64,000 nt of DNA, from NCBI GenBank assembly GCA_963661535.1, contig CAVLCC010000003.1:469-64468 (forward strand), read 5' to 3'. Both the position numbers and the translations under genes were made by a program. Source of the stretch: Senegalimassilia sp. (lineage in GTDB: Bacteria; Actinomycetota; Coriobacteriia; Coriobacteriales; CADBOM01). Positions 1 to 10,437 of the stretch are shown in pieces; position 1 is the first letter of the stretch, and every line of letters starts with the position of its first letter. The notes under the pieces are model-generated. The model saw only the letters and a program-made list of their open reading frames with translations. It was not told the origin of the DNA and did not search any database.

Positions 1-383
1 AAGAACTTGTGGAGCATGCACTTTTGGATACAAACAGCCAAGATCTAAGTACTACAGATGATGATTGCGACTCCAAATTAGCAGCTCAAAATTCTTATGA
101 TAAATCCCAGGCGCAGCAAGGTGAAGCACATACACATTCTCAAGGTAAGTCAACTAATACTCCACTCAATACTGATCCTAATACTAGATATGCTTTTTGC
201 GTTATATCTCAAGACAGCGTGAAAATTGAGGACCTAGATGTTGTTGATCCAAATATTGCGATGCAAATTTTGAGCAACCTTATATATAACCAATGTAAGC
301 AAGAAGATTTGCCTTATGAGTTTCATCGTATTCAAAATGAATTGTTAGATTATATTAGCGAACACGCAAAGCCAAGAAACTAA
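1..383 (+). CDS. hypothetical protein, probably the 3' part of a gene starting upstream of the window
   Basis: The frame is open from the window edge, with no stop between nt 3 and the GTG at 9. Stop TAA at 381-383. The N-part is low-complexity and I recognise no family motif. Confidence 0.4.
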   Translation, partial: ELVEHALLDTNSQDLSTTDDDCDSKLAAQNSYDKSQAQQGEAHTHSQGKSTNTPLNTDPNTRYAFCVISQDSVKIEDLDVVDPNIAMQILSNLIYNQCKQEDLPYEFHRIQNELLDYISEHAKPRN

Positions 384-536
384 CTTACAAGATGTGTAAA
401 ATTTTTTAGTATTTTTGGTTTAGCGTACTAAACATGCTGCCTGTGGTATATCATTAGTTTAATCGTCGCTTGAGTTTTATATAGTTCGAGCACATGCTAC
501 TTCTTAAAAAAACTATGAATGATTTGGAGGCAGGCT

Positions 537-2591
537 ATGTCAGATTTTAGCACCGACAAAGTTCGTAACGTGGTTTTGGTTGGTCAAGATGGAGCAGGAA
601 AGACGTCTCTAGTTGAGGCTATGCTGCATTTTTGTGGACGAACCAATCGACTAGGCACCACATCTGATGGAAAATCAAGCATGGATTATGACCAGGAAGA
701 AATCAAACGAAAGTTCACCATCTCAACAAGCTTGGGAAGCATGATTTATCGCAATACTAAAATTAATGTTTTGGATACATCAGGCTCGCCAGACTTTATT
801 GGAGACACAATTGCTTCTCTTTATGCTTGTGAAGCTGCAGTTTTTGTGATAGATGCAGTAGCTGGAGTGCAAGTTATGATGGCTAAGCTGTGGGAAAATG
901 CAATCTTGGCATCTTTGGCTCGCTCTATATATATCAATCATATAGACCGCGAAAATTCTGACTTTGATTCGATTATCTCGGCGCTAAAAGATAAGTTTGG
1001 CAAGCGCGTGGGACCTGTTGCAATTCCTATGGGAGTTGCTGAAGATTTTTGCGGGGTTATTGACCTTGTGCGCATGGAGGCTCGCCTGATGGAGGGCGAC
1101 AAAGAGACGATTTGTGAAATTCCGCAAGAGTATGCAGATGATGCACAAATGTATCGCGAGCAGCTTTTGGAGTCGATTGCCGAAGCCGATGACGAACTTA
1201 TGATGAAATATTTAGAGGAAGGTACTCTCGAGCAGTCAGATATAGAGGTTCTACTAACAAATGCCATCGAGATGGGTTTGTTTATGCCGATATATGTGGG
1301 TTCTACTCTCACTAAATATGGAGTTGGCGAGCTGCTTGATGATATTGTGGAATTCTTCCCTGCACCTAGCAAGCATGGTTCTATCCCCACTGAGCAAGGC
1401 GACTCAATTAAAATCGGACTAGGTGAGCAGCCCTCGGGATATATATTTAAGACTTTGTTGGATCCGTATGTGGGTCGGTTATCGTTTCTTAAGATGGCGA
1501 CTGGGAGCATTAGACCTGGCGAGGAACTTATTAACTTTAGGACAGGCAAAAAAGAAAAAATTTCTCATATATATACTATGGTTGGAAATAAGACCGAAGA
1601 TATGCAGAGCGCATGCCCTGGAGACGTTGTTGTTGTCCCCAAACTTGCAGATGTAAAGACCAATGACACACTGTCTAGCCAAGGCAATATGAAATATTAC
1701 GATATTCCTTTTCCCAATCCACAGTATCCTGTTGCAATTGCTACGACCAACAAAAATGATGAAGATAAGATGGGGACGTTTTTCTCACAGATGGCTGAGG
1801 TTGACCCATGCGTTAAGTTAGTTCGCAATGAGGAAACACATCAAACGCTTTTGTATACGCTTGGCGAGGGTGCCGTTGATGTTTTGGTTTCTAGACTAAA
1901 AGACAGAAGCAAGATTGAGATCGAAATGCTGCCTGTGCGCATTCCTTATCGTGAGTCGATTCGCAAGGTTGCAAAGGCTCAAGGGCGTCATAAAAAACAA
2001 ACGGGCGGTGCTGGGCAATTTGGAGATTGTTGGCTTAGACTTGAGCCAAATCCAAATGGTGGATATGAGTTTATTGACGAGATTGTGGGAGGCAAGATTC
2101 CAAAAGGATTTATTCCTGCAGTTGATAAGGGTGTTCAAGCCGCTATGAGCGAGGGATTTTTGGCGGGGTACCCCATGGTTGATCTTAAATGCGCCGTGTA
2201 TGATGGCTCGTATCACTCGGTTGACTCCAACGAAATGGCATTTAGACAAGCTGCGCGTATTGGTTTTAGAGAAGCGTGCAAGCAAGCTAATCCTTATATT
2301 TTAGAGCCGATGGCAAATGTAGAAGTTACTGCTGATGGCGCTTATGATGGTGCAATTATGAGTGATTTTTCGATGAGGCGCGGAAGAATTTTGGGTATGG
2401 ACCATGACAACTTGGGCAATACTATTATTCATGCGCGTGTTCCTTATGCTGAGGTAATTGAGTATGTGAAAGACTTGCGCTCTCTAACTAGGGGCAATGG
2501 CTCATTTGTTATTGAGCTGGAAGGATATGAAGAAGCTCCGCATGACGTGGCTAAAAAGCTAGTTGAGGAGTATGAGGCGAGTCGCTCTTAG
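537..2591 (+). CDS. elongation factor G family GTPase (EF-G paralogue)
   Basis: G1 motif GQDGAGKTS, a DTSG G3-like motif, and a C-terminus resembling EF-G domains IV/V. GGAGG at 526-530 lies 6 nt before the ATG at 537, so I prefer 537 to the track start at 519. Confidence 0.85.
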   Translation: MSDFSTDKVRNVVLVGQDGAGKTSLVEAMLHFCGRTNRLGTTSDGKSSMDYDQEEIKRKFTISTSLGSMIYRNTKINVLDTSGSPDFIGDTIASLYACEAAVFVIDAVAGVQVMMAKLWENAILASLARSIYINHIDRENSDFDSIISALKDKFGKRVGPVAIPMGVAEDFCGVIDLVRMEARLMEGDKETICEIPQEYADDAQMYREQLLESIAEADDELMMKYLEEGTLEQSDIEVLLTNAIEMGLFMPIYVGSTLTKYGVGELLDDIVEFFPAPSKHGSIPTEQGDSIKIGLGEQPSGYIFKTLLDPYVGRLSFLKMATGSIRPGEELINFRTGKKEKISHIYTMVGNKTEDMQSACPGDVVVVPKLADVKTNDTLSSQGNMKYYDIPFPNPQYPVAIATTNKNDEDKMGTFFSQMAEVDPCVKLVRNEETHQTLLYTLGEGAVDVLVSRLKDRSKIEIEMLPVRIPYRESIRKVAKAQGRHKKQTGGAGQFGDCWLRLEPNPNGGYEFIDEIVGGKIPKGFIPAVDKGVQAAMSEGFLAGYPMVDLKCAVYDGSYHSVDSNEMAFRQAARIGFREACKQANPYILEPMANVEVTADGAYDGAIMSDFSMRRGRILGMDHDNLGNTIIHARVPYAEVIEYVKDLRSLTRGNGSFVIELEGYEEAPHDVAKKLVEEYEASRS

Positions 2592-2670
2592 GTTGTCTGT
2601 ATGGATAAACGTAGGCTTGCAGGAGCTTGCAATATGAACTTCTGTATATCCCAACGAAAACACAAGCAAA

Positions 2671-2709
2671 AAGCGCAGATGGTTGTTATCATTTGCGCTT
2701 CTGTTTTTT
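2671..2709. terminator. hairpin with T-runs on both sides, between convergent genes (bidirectional intrinsic terminator)
   Basis: aagcgcagatg (2671-2681) pairs with catttgcgctt (2690-2700): 11 bp including one G.T. It is followed by ctgtttttt on the plus strand and by tttttgctt on the minus strand. Confidence 0.55.
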
Positions 2710-2714
2710 ATGCT

Positions 2715-4322
2715 TTAGGATTTAGCGTCTGCATTCACTGTATCCGTCGTACCCGCAGGCTTACTATTTTGGGAACCATGCACCTGCTTGCCTGAAGAAT
2801 TCGTATTCTCATTTATTTCGTAAGACATCGCCAGATACAATCTTTCTTGATAGTTGTCTAGATTAATGCCTGTTATTTCTTCAATTCTGTCCATTCTCTT
2901 TAAGAAAGAACTTCTGGCTATAAACAACTCTTTTGCAGTGGCCGCAGCATTATATTGCATCTCAATAAATGTTTTTAGAGTGTGGTTTAGCTGTGTTCCG
3001 TTTGCATCGTCGTATTCCAAAAGCTGGAGAATAGCTGTATGACAAATTTGTTTTGGAGAAAATCCATCGCGACCATGCTCCAACAAATGCTGATATGCAT
3101 AGTTATCAAACAAGTAGTACCAATACATCGTGTCTATGCGAGAGCCAATTTTTAGAGCAATTTCGGTTTGACGATACGCACTTTGCAGCATAAAGAGGTC
3201 GCTAAACTCTCGGCTTATTCCTGCTCTCAACATTCCATCGCGAATAAAATATGCAAAGCCATATCTAAGCTTTCCATGTGTTGCCCTTTCAAATACAGTA
3301 AGGTTTATAAGACACAAAAAGCTGTTGCCATACCTAATACAACACGAGCCTGGCCAAAGACTTTCAATGCGTGCGGCAAGAGCTTCTGAAGCATCGAGTC
3401 CCATGTCAGCATAGGCAGATACAAATTGGATGAGGCTATATTTGTCGTCTGTGCTAAATTGATTGCTATTTAACAAGTTAGTAAGCATCTCGCGATCTAC
3501 GCTTCTACCCTCTAAAACCATAGAAATTGCTGCTTTAAGACTAGTGTGCGAGTTCTCAGATCTCCAAAATGTTCCAAATCTCTCATAAAGTTTTTCAACA
3601 TAACCCGATAGCAATTCCAAAAGCTGCGTTCTGTATCTGTTTGTGGCTTCGTCTCTTGACCATGGGAGACCCATTGTGCCAACAAGCTCACCATCATCAT
3701 AAATATTTTTGTACATCATATTTTCGATGCATACATAGTGATAAACATCGCGAACTCCGTGCACACTTGCATCTTCTGTCATGGTTGCAAGCTGACCTAT
3801 TGCTTCAAGCGACATATAATTGTCGTCGCGCACGTATTTGTCTTCAAAACCGTTTTCGTATGCCAAACGCCTCGAATAACTCACATAGCGATAGTTGGTA
3901 TCTCTAATCATGAACGGAACATCAACCAAACTATCACAGCTATGCAAAATGGCTTCGTAGCTAAAGAAACGGTTTACAGCATCGTCTAAATCGTCATAGA
4001 GCTTTTGGAACATCTCAAAAATTTCAAACACATTATTAAACACATCACCAATTTCTTTGTTCTCAGGAATAACGATATATTCAAAAGCAATATTACTTAA
4101 TTCATCATGGCTATAGCCAACCATCAATCCAATTGAATCTAGTGGCAAGGATACACTTCGTAGTCCTTTGGAGTGTTCTATTACTACAAGATGTTTTTGC
4201 ATCTTAGATTTTTTGTCTGGAAAGATTGGTCTATCAACTTCGATATTGATGTTTGCACTGCAAAATGCCGATGGATATGTCTTTCTTATCCAATAAAATA
4301 GCAAATCACCATTAACTTTCAT
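2715..4322 (-). CDS. PucR/CdaR-family transcriptional regulator
   Basis: 535-aa ORF with a C-terminal PucR-type HTH (AKELFIARSSFLKRMDRIEEITGINL). Divergent from the MFS/URO-D operon. Confidence 0.7.
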   Translation of the reverse strand: MKVNGDLLFYWIRKTYPSAFCSANINIEVDRPIFPDKKSKMQKHLVVIEHSKGLRSVSLPLDSIGLMVGYSHDELSNIAFEYIVIPENKEIGDVFNNVFEIFEMFQKLYDDLDDAVNRFFSYEAILHSCDSLVDVPFMIRDTNYRYVSYSRRLAYENGFEDKYVRDDNYMSLEAIGQLATMTEDASVHGVRDVYHYVCIENMMYKNIYDDGELVGTMGLPWSRDEATNRYRTQLLELLSGYVEKLYERFGTFWRSENSHTSLKAAISMVLEGRSVDREMLTNLLNSNQFSTDDKYSLIQFVSAYADMGLDASEALAARIESLWPGSCCIRYGNSFLCLINLTVFERATHGKLRYGFAYFIRDGMLRAGISREFSDLFMLQSAYRQTEIALKIGSRIDTMYWYYLFDNYAYQHLLEHGRDGFSPKQICHTAILQLLEYDDANGTQLNHTLKTFIEMQYNAAATAKELFIARSSFLKRMDRIEEITGINLDNYQERLYLAMSYEINENTNSSGKQVHGSQNSKPAGTTDTVNADAKS

Positions 4323-4657
4323 TGCTGGATCTCCAATTCTTTGCGGGCTACAAATTATATCCTTTGATGCTTATAAGTTTATAACAATCGTAGTATTTAC
4401 GCCATACTTATGCTCATTTTATAACTGTAATGTCCTTAATTTTTAATGCGCTAAAAGATTGGACAATGTGTTTGCAGTCTAAGCCGGCTAGAAGATTACA
4501 AGCACATAGAAGTAAAAGGCAGCCAAAAGGTATTTGAGACCAAAGAGGTAGTCTAGCGCTTCACAAAACCGCATGATGTTTGAAAAAAATCACGCTCACA
4601 TAAAAAAGTTCAAGTATACGGCGCATTTTTTTAAAAACCAAAAAGGAGGGTTTAAAG

Positions 4658-5881
4658 ATGGACGATAAAGCTGAACGCAAACGCGGAATAATGATGGTAT
4701 GCATTTGCTTTGCAGTCATGTTTGTGGGTGGATACTCACAATTTCAAATTTCACCGCTAGCATCTCAAATTATGGATTGGCTGCAAATTACAAAGGAACA
4801 ATACTCTTTGCTCTTTACATTTTGTATGTTTCCCGCGCTAGTTTTGAGCATCATATGCGGAATGTTGATAGATAAATTTGGTGCCAAAAAGCTCATTGCT
4901 GTGGCTCTTGTTATATCTACCGTAGGCATCGTTGGAAGAATTTTTGCTTCTAGCTACCCTATCATGTTGGCATGTATGCTTGTGCTGGGTTTGCCTTGTG
5001 TAATGCTTACTGCAACGTGTGCAAAAATTATGTCAAGCTACTTTAGTGGCGCCAAGTTAGGAAGCATGGTTGGCATTACTTCATCAGGTCTTGTGCTTGG
5101 TAACTTTTTGGCAATGTCTACAACTGCATGGTTTCCAAGTGTGCAGATGGCATTCATATTTTCTGGAGTTTTGTCTGCAGTTGTTATGGTTTGTTGGATT
5201 GTTTTTGTTAAGCCAGACTCAACCTCAGCAGTTAACTCAGATAATTCTGGAGAAGCCAAAGCCGCACCTAAGCAGCAAGTTTCTATGGCAACAAGCCTAA
5301 AGGTATGCCTCAAAAATCCATATATTTGGATTGGTGGTCTCACATTGATGATGCTCATGGCTGGTCAAGTAATGATTACGTCATTTCTGCCACAAGCACT
5401 TGCAGCAGAAAAAGGCATGACAACTCAAATGTCTGGCATCATCACTTCGACATATATTTTAGGTTCTTTTGCAGGATACGCATTTGGTCCTGCAATCTTT
5501 GGAAAATTTAAATCTAAGCGTGTGTTTTTAACATGCTGCGCCATCATTGTTTCGCTAGGCATTGCATTTGCGTGGAAGCTAGATATGGTTGGTCTAATTG
5601 CTGCCGTGCTATTTGTAACTGGAGCATGCTTGAGACTCATCATGCCACTTATTTTTGCAATGCCAGTTAGCCTTAAAGGAATAGGTCCAGAATACGCTGG
5701 TACCGCTGGAGGTTTGCAAGCAACTATCCAAACTCTGGGTGCAACAGTTGTTCCAAGTTTTATATTAACTCCACTATTTGGAAGCAACTTTACAGTGCTA
5801 TTTATTGCAGCAGGCGTGCTTTGCGCAATCACAATCTTTACACTTAATATTTTGCCAATTACTAAAAAAGAGAGGGACTAA
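4658..5881 (+). CDS. MFS transporter
   Basis: 407 aa, about 12 hydrophobic segments with a central hydrophilic loop. RBS aaaaggaggg upstream of the ATG. Confidence 0.8.
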   Translation: MDDKAERKRGIMMVCICFAVMFVGGYSQFQISPLASQIMDWLQITKEQYSLLFTFCMFPALVLSIICGMLIDKFGAKKLIAVALVISTVGIVGRIFASSYPIMLACMLVLGLPCVMLTATCAKIMSSYFSGAKLGSMVGITSSGLVLGNFLAMSTTAWFPSVQMAFIFSGVLSAVVMVCWIVFVKPDSTSAVNSDNSGEAKAAPKQQVSMATSLKVCLKNPYIWIGGLTLMMLMAGQVMITSFLPQALAAEKGMTTQMSGIITSTYILGSFAGYAFGPAIFGKFKSKRVFLTCCAIIVSLGIAFAWKLDMVGLIAAVLFVTGACLRLIMPLIFAMPVSLKGIGPEYAGTAGGLQATIQTLGATVVPSFILTPLFGSNFTVLFIAAGVLCAITIFTLNILPITKKERD

Positions 5882-5883
5882 AA

Positions 5884-7041
5884 ATGAGAGAGCAATACAA
5901 CAGAGAAAAAGAACATGAGGTTATTGGAACTTATCCACCAATTAGAGGACTTGAGACCACATTTGCCAAAGGCGGCGGAATGCCAGAGACTCCAAAACTC
6001 TACAGACCAATTCCTCGATATGAGAACTTCCATATGCTCTACGAAGGAAAAACCCCTTATTGGATGGTGAACACAGGCTGGCTATTTTGCGATATGAATA
6101 ACTTCCGTCCGCGTCAACATCCTGATAATAGAGCAAACCACCAGTGCATTGATGGCGGAGATTTTGTTGACTACGAAGCACAAGGTAATGTTTGCAAGGG
6201 CTGGTTTGGTCTGCCGCTAGAGTGGGAAGCAGACTCGATGGGTGCAACTGTGCGTCCTGGAAATCCAATGATTGAAGACATGAACGACTGGCACGAGTTA
6301 AATATGCCCAATCTCGATGAAATGAACTTTGAAGAGATGGCAGAAATGAACAAGGAGTACTTGGGCACTGACAAAGCTAACCAACTGGGTATACAGCTTG
6401 GTCTATGGGAGCGCATGATGTGTCTAATGGATGTTGAGAACGCCGCTGTGGCCCTACTCGACGAAGATCAAGAGACTGCAGTACACGAATTTCTGGACGC
6501 TTTGTCGGATATATACATCGACTATATTGGTAGAGTCTCTAAGATCTGTCGTTTAGATGCTGTATTTTTCCACGACGACTGGGGAACTCAGAACAACCCA
6601 TTCTTCTCACTAGATGTATGTCGCAAGTTCTTTGTGCCTGCGATGAAGAAGATTGTTAGCTACTGCCATGATAATGGAATTGTGTTTGAGCACCACTGCT
6701 GCGGCAATGCTGAACCACTAATTCCGGCTATGGTAGAGTGTGGTACCGACTTTTGGTATCCACAACCTGCTATTAACAATCTCGACAGAATGATTGAGAC
6801 CTACTGGGATGAGCACATTACATTTGCTGTAACTATTCCTGTAATTCCTAAAGGTTCTACCGAGGAGCAAGTTCGTGAGCAAGCGCGTGAGTTTGTGGAT
6901 AAATATAAGGATAAGAGAGTGTCTTTCTGCCGCAATAACTCGCTGCTTAACAATCCTGATCACGACCCCTCGATGTATCCTGTATTTGAAGATGCAGTAT
7001 ATGAATTTAGCCGCATAGCTTATCAAGATGTTGATGATTAG
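5884..7041 (+). CDS. uroporphyrinogen decarboxylase (URO-D) family protein, MtaA/CmuA-like fold; substrate unknown
   Basis: 385 aa starting 2 nt after the MFS stop. C-terminal half has family-typical blocks: FFHDDWGTQ, HHCCGN, ECGTDFW. Assignment is from memory of the family pattern. Confidence 0.55.
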   Translation: MREQYNREKEHEVIGTYPPIRGLETTFAKGGGMPETPKLYRPIPRYENFHMLYEGKTPYWMVNTGWLFCDMNNFRPRQHPDNRANHQCIDGGDFVDYEAQGNVCKGWFGLPLEWEADSMGATVRPGNPMIEDMNDWHELNMPNLDEMNFEEMAEMNKEYLGTDKANQLGIQLGLWERMMCLMDVENAAVALLDEDQETAVHEFLDALSDIYIDYIGRVSKICRLDAVFFHDDWGTQNNPFFSLDVCRKFFVPAMKKIVSYCHDNGIVFEHHCCGNAEPLIPAMVECGTDFWYPQPAINNLDRMIETYWDEHITFAVTIPVIPKGSTEEQVREQAREFVDKYKDKRVSFCRNNSLLNNPDHDPSMYPVFEDAVYEFSRIAYQDVDD

Positions 7042-7116
7042 GGTTTGCTGGGGATAGGTTTTTCTTAAGGTTTGCTTGTTTTTTATAGTTTTTTAGTTTT
7101 GCGCTTGTATATGAGA

Positions 7117-7159
7117 GCCGCTGTTCGTGTTTTTATCACGAGCAGCGGCTTGTGTTTTT
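7117..7159 (+). terminator. intrinsic terminator after the URO-D-family gene
   Basis: gccgctgttcgtg (7117-7129) pairs with cacgagcagcggc (7137-7149), then ttgtgttttt. Confidence 0.65.
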
Positions 7160-7218
7160 GGATTATGTCTGATGCTTGTATCTTATGCTTGCGCCTTGGT
7201 TGTAGCTAAAGAGTTAAT

Positions 7219-8205
7219 CTATGCAGCAGCATCTTCTCTGCGTGCCATAGCTTGTTCGTAATCTTTAGTTCCAACAAATACCTCATGCTTATAAGGATTG
7301 ACGCCAAGTTTTTTGGCACGATATATCACATAAATGATTGCAGCAATATTTGCAACTAGAGCCAAGATAGAAACTACTAGGTTAACATCAGGATTGTTTA
7401 CAGAATTAACTGCAAAGATCGAGTTGTTTGCAAACATTGGTACTACCTGGCAGAACATGCACCACAGCGCCAAGGTATTTGCGCGGTTTTGAATCCATCC
7501 ACCTTTGTTCCACAAAAATGCAGCAACGGTTGGAGCCAAAAGTAGAGCAAATCCGCAATACCAAGAGTGTGTTGGCAAGCAGTTGTATGTATAGCAGAAG
7601 TTCCAAATGTCATAACTAATGATGAACACCCATGTCATGTCTGGCCAAAGCATGTCGTGTTTTTTCTTGGAGGTATAAATTCCCCACCAGCCAGTCATTA
7701 CAAAGATATTTATGATGCCTGCAATTCCATTAAAGACATTGTGCCAACCACCATTTAGAGTAACTCCCTCTGTGGATACCCAAGTTGTGCCAAATGCACG
7801 GACTGCACTTTCAAAGTCGCTAACCACAGCAATCAAGATGTTTATAGCAACAATCACAAATGGGAAGCACTTAAACCACTCTGCCTTACCAAGCTTGCCC
7901 CAGTGATATTTTAAAATCATAAAACCAATGCACCCTGCCGTTGCAGCATAGAGCTTTGCATAGTGAAACCAACTGTTCATCTCTACATATGTTGGGTTGG
8001 TTAAAGCCCAACTTGCTCCCATTGCTGCACCAACATAAATAGAAATAAAGTAAATTGTTAGTGCTCCTGGAATCACCAAAAAACATACTATACCTCCAGC
8101 CTTTGAACGGCGAGCAACCTCGTTAAAACCAATTAGTGCCAAAAATACTACAGCCCAACCAATCCATTGATATGCGGCTGTGCTTCCATATACATCAAAA
8201 AGCAT
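7219..8205 (-). CDS. polytopic integral membrane protein, function unknown
   Basis: 328 aa, Trp/aromatic-rich, at least 8 hydrophobic segments. Strong RBS (GGAGG) upstream. Sits downstream of the TetR gene on the same strand. Confidence 0.7.
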   Translation of the reverse strand: MLFDVYGSTAAYQWIGWAVVFLALIGFNEVARRSKAGGIVCFLVIPGALTIYFISIYVGAAMGASWALTNPTYVEMNSWFHYAKLYAATAGCIGFMILKYHWGKLGKAEWFKCFPFVIVAINILIAVVSDFESAVRAFGTTWVSTEGVTLNGGWHNVFNGIAGIINIFVMTGWWGIYTSKKKHDMLWPDMTWVFIISYDIWNFCYTYNCLPTHSWYCGFALLLAPTVAAFLWNKGGWIQNRANTLALWCMFCQVVPMFANNSIFAVNSVNNPDVNLVVSILALVANIAAIIYVIYRAKKLGVNPYKHEVFVGTKDYEQAMARREDAAA

Positions 8206-8284
8206 AGTGCCCTCCTAACGTTTGATTAAATAAAAAGTTACGTTATTTTTAGATACACGTCGTGTTGTGTTGTGCTTATTGAGC

Positions 8285-8908
8285 TTACTGTGCTTGACCC
8301 CCTTTCTTGTTCGTTGATTTTGCCTTAAGCTTTGTCTTATTTTGATTTCCTCTATCCATATGAAGAGTTTGAGCTATGAGGTCTTTTAGGATTTCGTCGT
8401 CTGCATTTGGATGCTGTCGCATATAGCCAATTATCCCCAGTGCTAACACATAAAATGTTTCGTATATGTGTTCGATGCGAACCTCATGAAAGCGCTCATA
8501 ATCTAGAACTGTAGAATTTGTTATGCACTTAGCCGTTGCATCTGCAGCACGATTTATAAACTGCAAATATAAAGATGCATTTTCTTTCGTTGCCAGTGCA
8601 CGTCTAAATGGTTTGCGTGCTTTTTCGTCAAATAGCTCGCGGCGCAAAAGAGCAACCATAGAACTAAGTGAGCCCTCTATATCCCCTTGTTTTCTTGAGG
8701 AATTCCATTCTTCTATGGCTTCCACGAACTCGCTAACGTAGTCGTCTAAGACTGCAGAAACCAACTCATCTTTGCTTGGAAAGTAGTGATAGAACAAAGT
8801 GCGAGTTACACCCATTCGCTCAGTGATAACGCTCACAGAAGTTTTAGATAAGCCACGTTCTTCTATAAGTTCACGTGCACAAGAGATTATCTGTTCCCTA
8901 CGACCCAT
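8285..8908 (-). CDS. TetR/AcrR-family transcriptional regulator
   Basis: N-terminal TetR HTH (ERGLSKTSVSVITERMGVTRTLFYHYFPSKDEL). Confidence 0.85.
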   Translation of the reverse strand: MGRREQIISCARELIEERGLSKTSVSVITERMGVTRTLFYHYFPSKDELVSAVLDDYVSEFVEAIEEWNSSRKQGDIEGSLSSMVALLRRELFDEKARKPFRRALATKENASLYLQFINRAADATAKCITNSTVLDYERFHEVRIEHIYETFYVLALGIIGYMRQHPNADDEILKDLIAQTLHMDRGNQNKTKLKAKSTNKKGGQAQ

Positions 8909-9197
8909 CTTACATCGCCCCTTTTTGTATTTGTTTGCGATATAGAATTATGTATAGCGTATAGCGTTTGTGTTCCTGCGCGTTTTGCTTTGTCAGCTGT
9001 TTTGTTTTTTTAAAAAGTGTGTATTTTTTGTGTTGATTGGAATATAACCCAAACGTTGTCAGTGTGTCAATTTAACAGATTTGTCATAGTGTCAATTTTT
9101 TATAATCTTCTTATATGCTGTATGCAATTTGTTTATCATATAATTAGATGCAAGTTACTTTAAAATTGCAATCATTTGGATAGGAGAAGAAAAAATT

Positions 9198-9641
9198 ATG
9201 AAATACGATGAGTTAAAAGATGCAATTAAACAAGCCATGAAAAACAAGGAAAAGAACAAGCTTTCGATTTTGCGACAGGTTCATGGAGAAATAAAAAACA
9301 TCGAGGTAAATGAACGTCGCGATATTGAAGAAGCAGATGTAGATGCAATGCTCAAACGCGTTATAAAGCAAACTCGAGAGACACTAGAGGCTTCGATTAA
9401 AGCTGGTAACAATCAAGAACGCACAGATATGCTTACCGAACAAGTTAGTGTTTTGGAGAGTTGTTTGCCCAAGCAAGTATCGGGAGATGAACTTTTAGCT
9501 CTTATCGATAAAGTTCTTGCAGAAACTGGAGCTACAACTAAAAAAGACATGGGCAAAGTAATGGGTGAACTCACCAAAGCTACAAATGGAAATTTTGACA
9601 AACCAGCCGCTGCAAAAGAACTTGGAGCAAGACTTAGTTAA
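9198..9641 (+). CDS. GatB/YqeY domain-containing protein
   Basis: 147 aa with a typical YqeY N-terminus (LKDAIKQAMKNKEKNKLSILRQV) and C-terminus (KKDMGKVMGEL). RBS aggagaag. Confidence 0.8.
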   Translation: MKYDELKDAIKQAMKNKEKNKLSILRQVHGEIKNIEVNERRDIEEADVDAMLKRVIKQTRETLEASIKAGNNQERTDMLTEQVSVLESCLPKQVSGDELLALIDKVLAETGATTKKDMGKVMGELTKATNGNFDKPAAAKELGARLS

Positions 9642-9695
9642 AACGTTTAGATCAGATAGAGCAGGGCTTTAAAACTAGCTCGAACAAGAAAACGC

Positions 9696-9738
9696 AATTA
9701 GCTCAAGGTTGAAACTAAACCTTGAGCTAATTTTTTTA
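9696..9738 (+). terminator. intrinsic terminator after the yqeY-like gene
   Basis: aattagctcaagg (9696-9708) pairs with ccttgagctaatt (9720-9732), followed by a T-run. Confidence 0.75.
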
Positions 9739-9792
9739 GAGCAAAAATTGGATACACTCCACCGCAGTATGGAGCGCAGCTTTTTGCTCGAT

Positions 9793-10185
9793 TTAGAACT
9801 TAACTACTCTAGGTTCTTCTCCAAAAGAGCAAAAAGTTGCTGTTGCATCTTCAAAATATAAAACTTCAGTATTTCTATCATCAGCTGAATACATCTGTTG
9901 CAAACTGGGATAAGCATCTAACATACTTTGTTTTGCTTCGACTCTATCATCTTCAACAAGCTTGCCACAGACACGCAGCCATTTGCCATCCTTAAATGCG
10001 CAAATCTCTGCCTTAGGATTTGCATGAAGCTGCTTTGAAACATCCTTAACTTTGCCAGTTTGAATATAGAGATTGCCCTCAAAAACATGTGCCGTTCCAA
10101 AAGGTCGAACACGAGGCTGATCGCCATCTACAGTAGCAAGATAATAAACTTGTGCATCTTTTAAAAACTTTAAAACTTCGTCCAT
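9793..10185 (-). CDS. pyridoxamine 5'-phosphate oxidase family (flavin-binding split-barrel) protein
   Basis: Pattern YYLATVDGDQPRVRPFG...LYIQTGKVKDVSKQL. I prefer the ATG at 10185 (MDEV, preceded by agaaagg) to the track start at 10209. Confidence 0.7.
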   Translation of the reverse strand: MDEVLKFLKDAQVYYLATVDGDQPRVRPFGTAHVFEGNLYIQTGKVKDVSKQLHANPKAEICAFKDGKWLRVCGKLVEDDRVEAKQSMLDAYPSLQQMYSADDRNTEVLYFEDATATFCSFGEEPRVVKF

Positions 10186-10336
10186 GTTATTTGCCTTTCT
10201 ATTCATCAAATAAAGCCACCTCTATATAATAACAACAAATTAAACAGAGACTAAAATTTGCACCTTTGCATGCATAAAAACGTGTAAGAACTCATAAAGA
10301 GCGCACAAAGAATTCACGAATTATATAAACTTTTCG

Positions 10337-10363
10337 ATAATCATGTTTGAAGTATATGTCACA
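10337..10363 (+). pseudogene. orphan fragment identical to the dinJ-stop/parE-start junction
   Basis: 27 bp (ataatcatgtttgaagtatatgtcaca) identical to 11427-11453, with weaker similarity for ~10 bp on each side. Reads MFEVYVTQKSLLNF... then stops. Confidence 0.6.
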
Positions 10364-10437
10364 CAAAAATCTTTATTAAACTTTAGCTTTGTATTACAAT
10401 TATTTCTATAAGCAAAATAAAAAAGGAGAAGGAAATC

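Noticed and set aside
938-1549. 203-aa ORF antisense to the EF-G paralogue. Similar long antisense ORFs lie at 5425-5832, 31920-32408, 47530-47934, 41970-42365 and 16227-16508.
   Set aside because: They are entirely nested opposite well-supported genes. Their Ser/Pro/Leu-rich composition is typical of the reverse frame of a real CDS. They have no RBS and no recognisable motifs.
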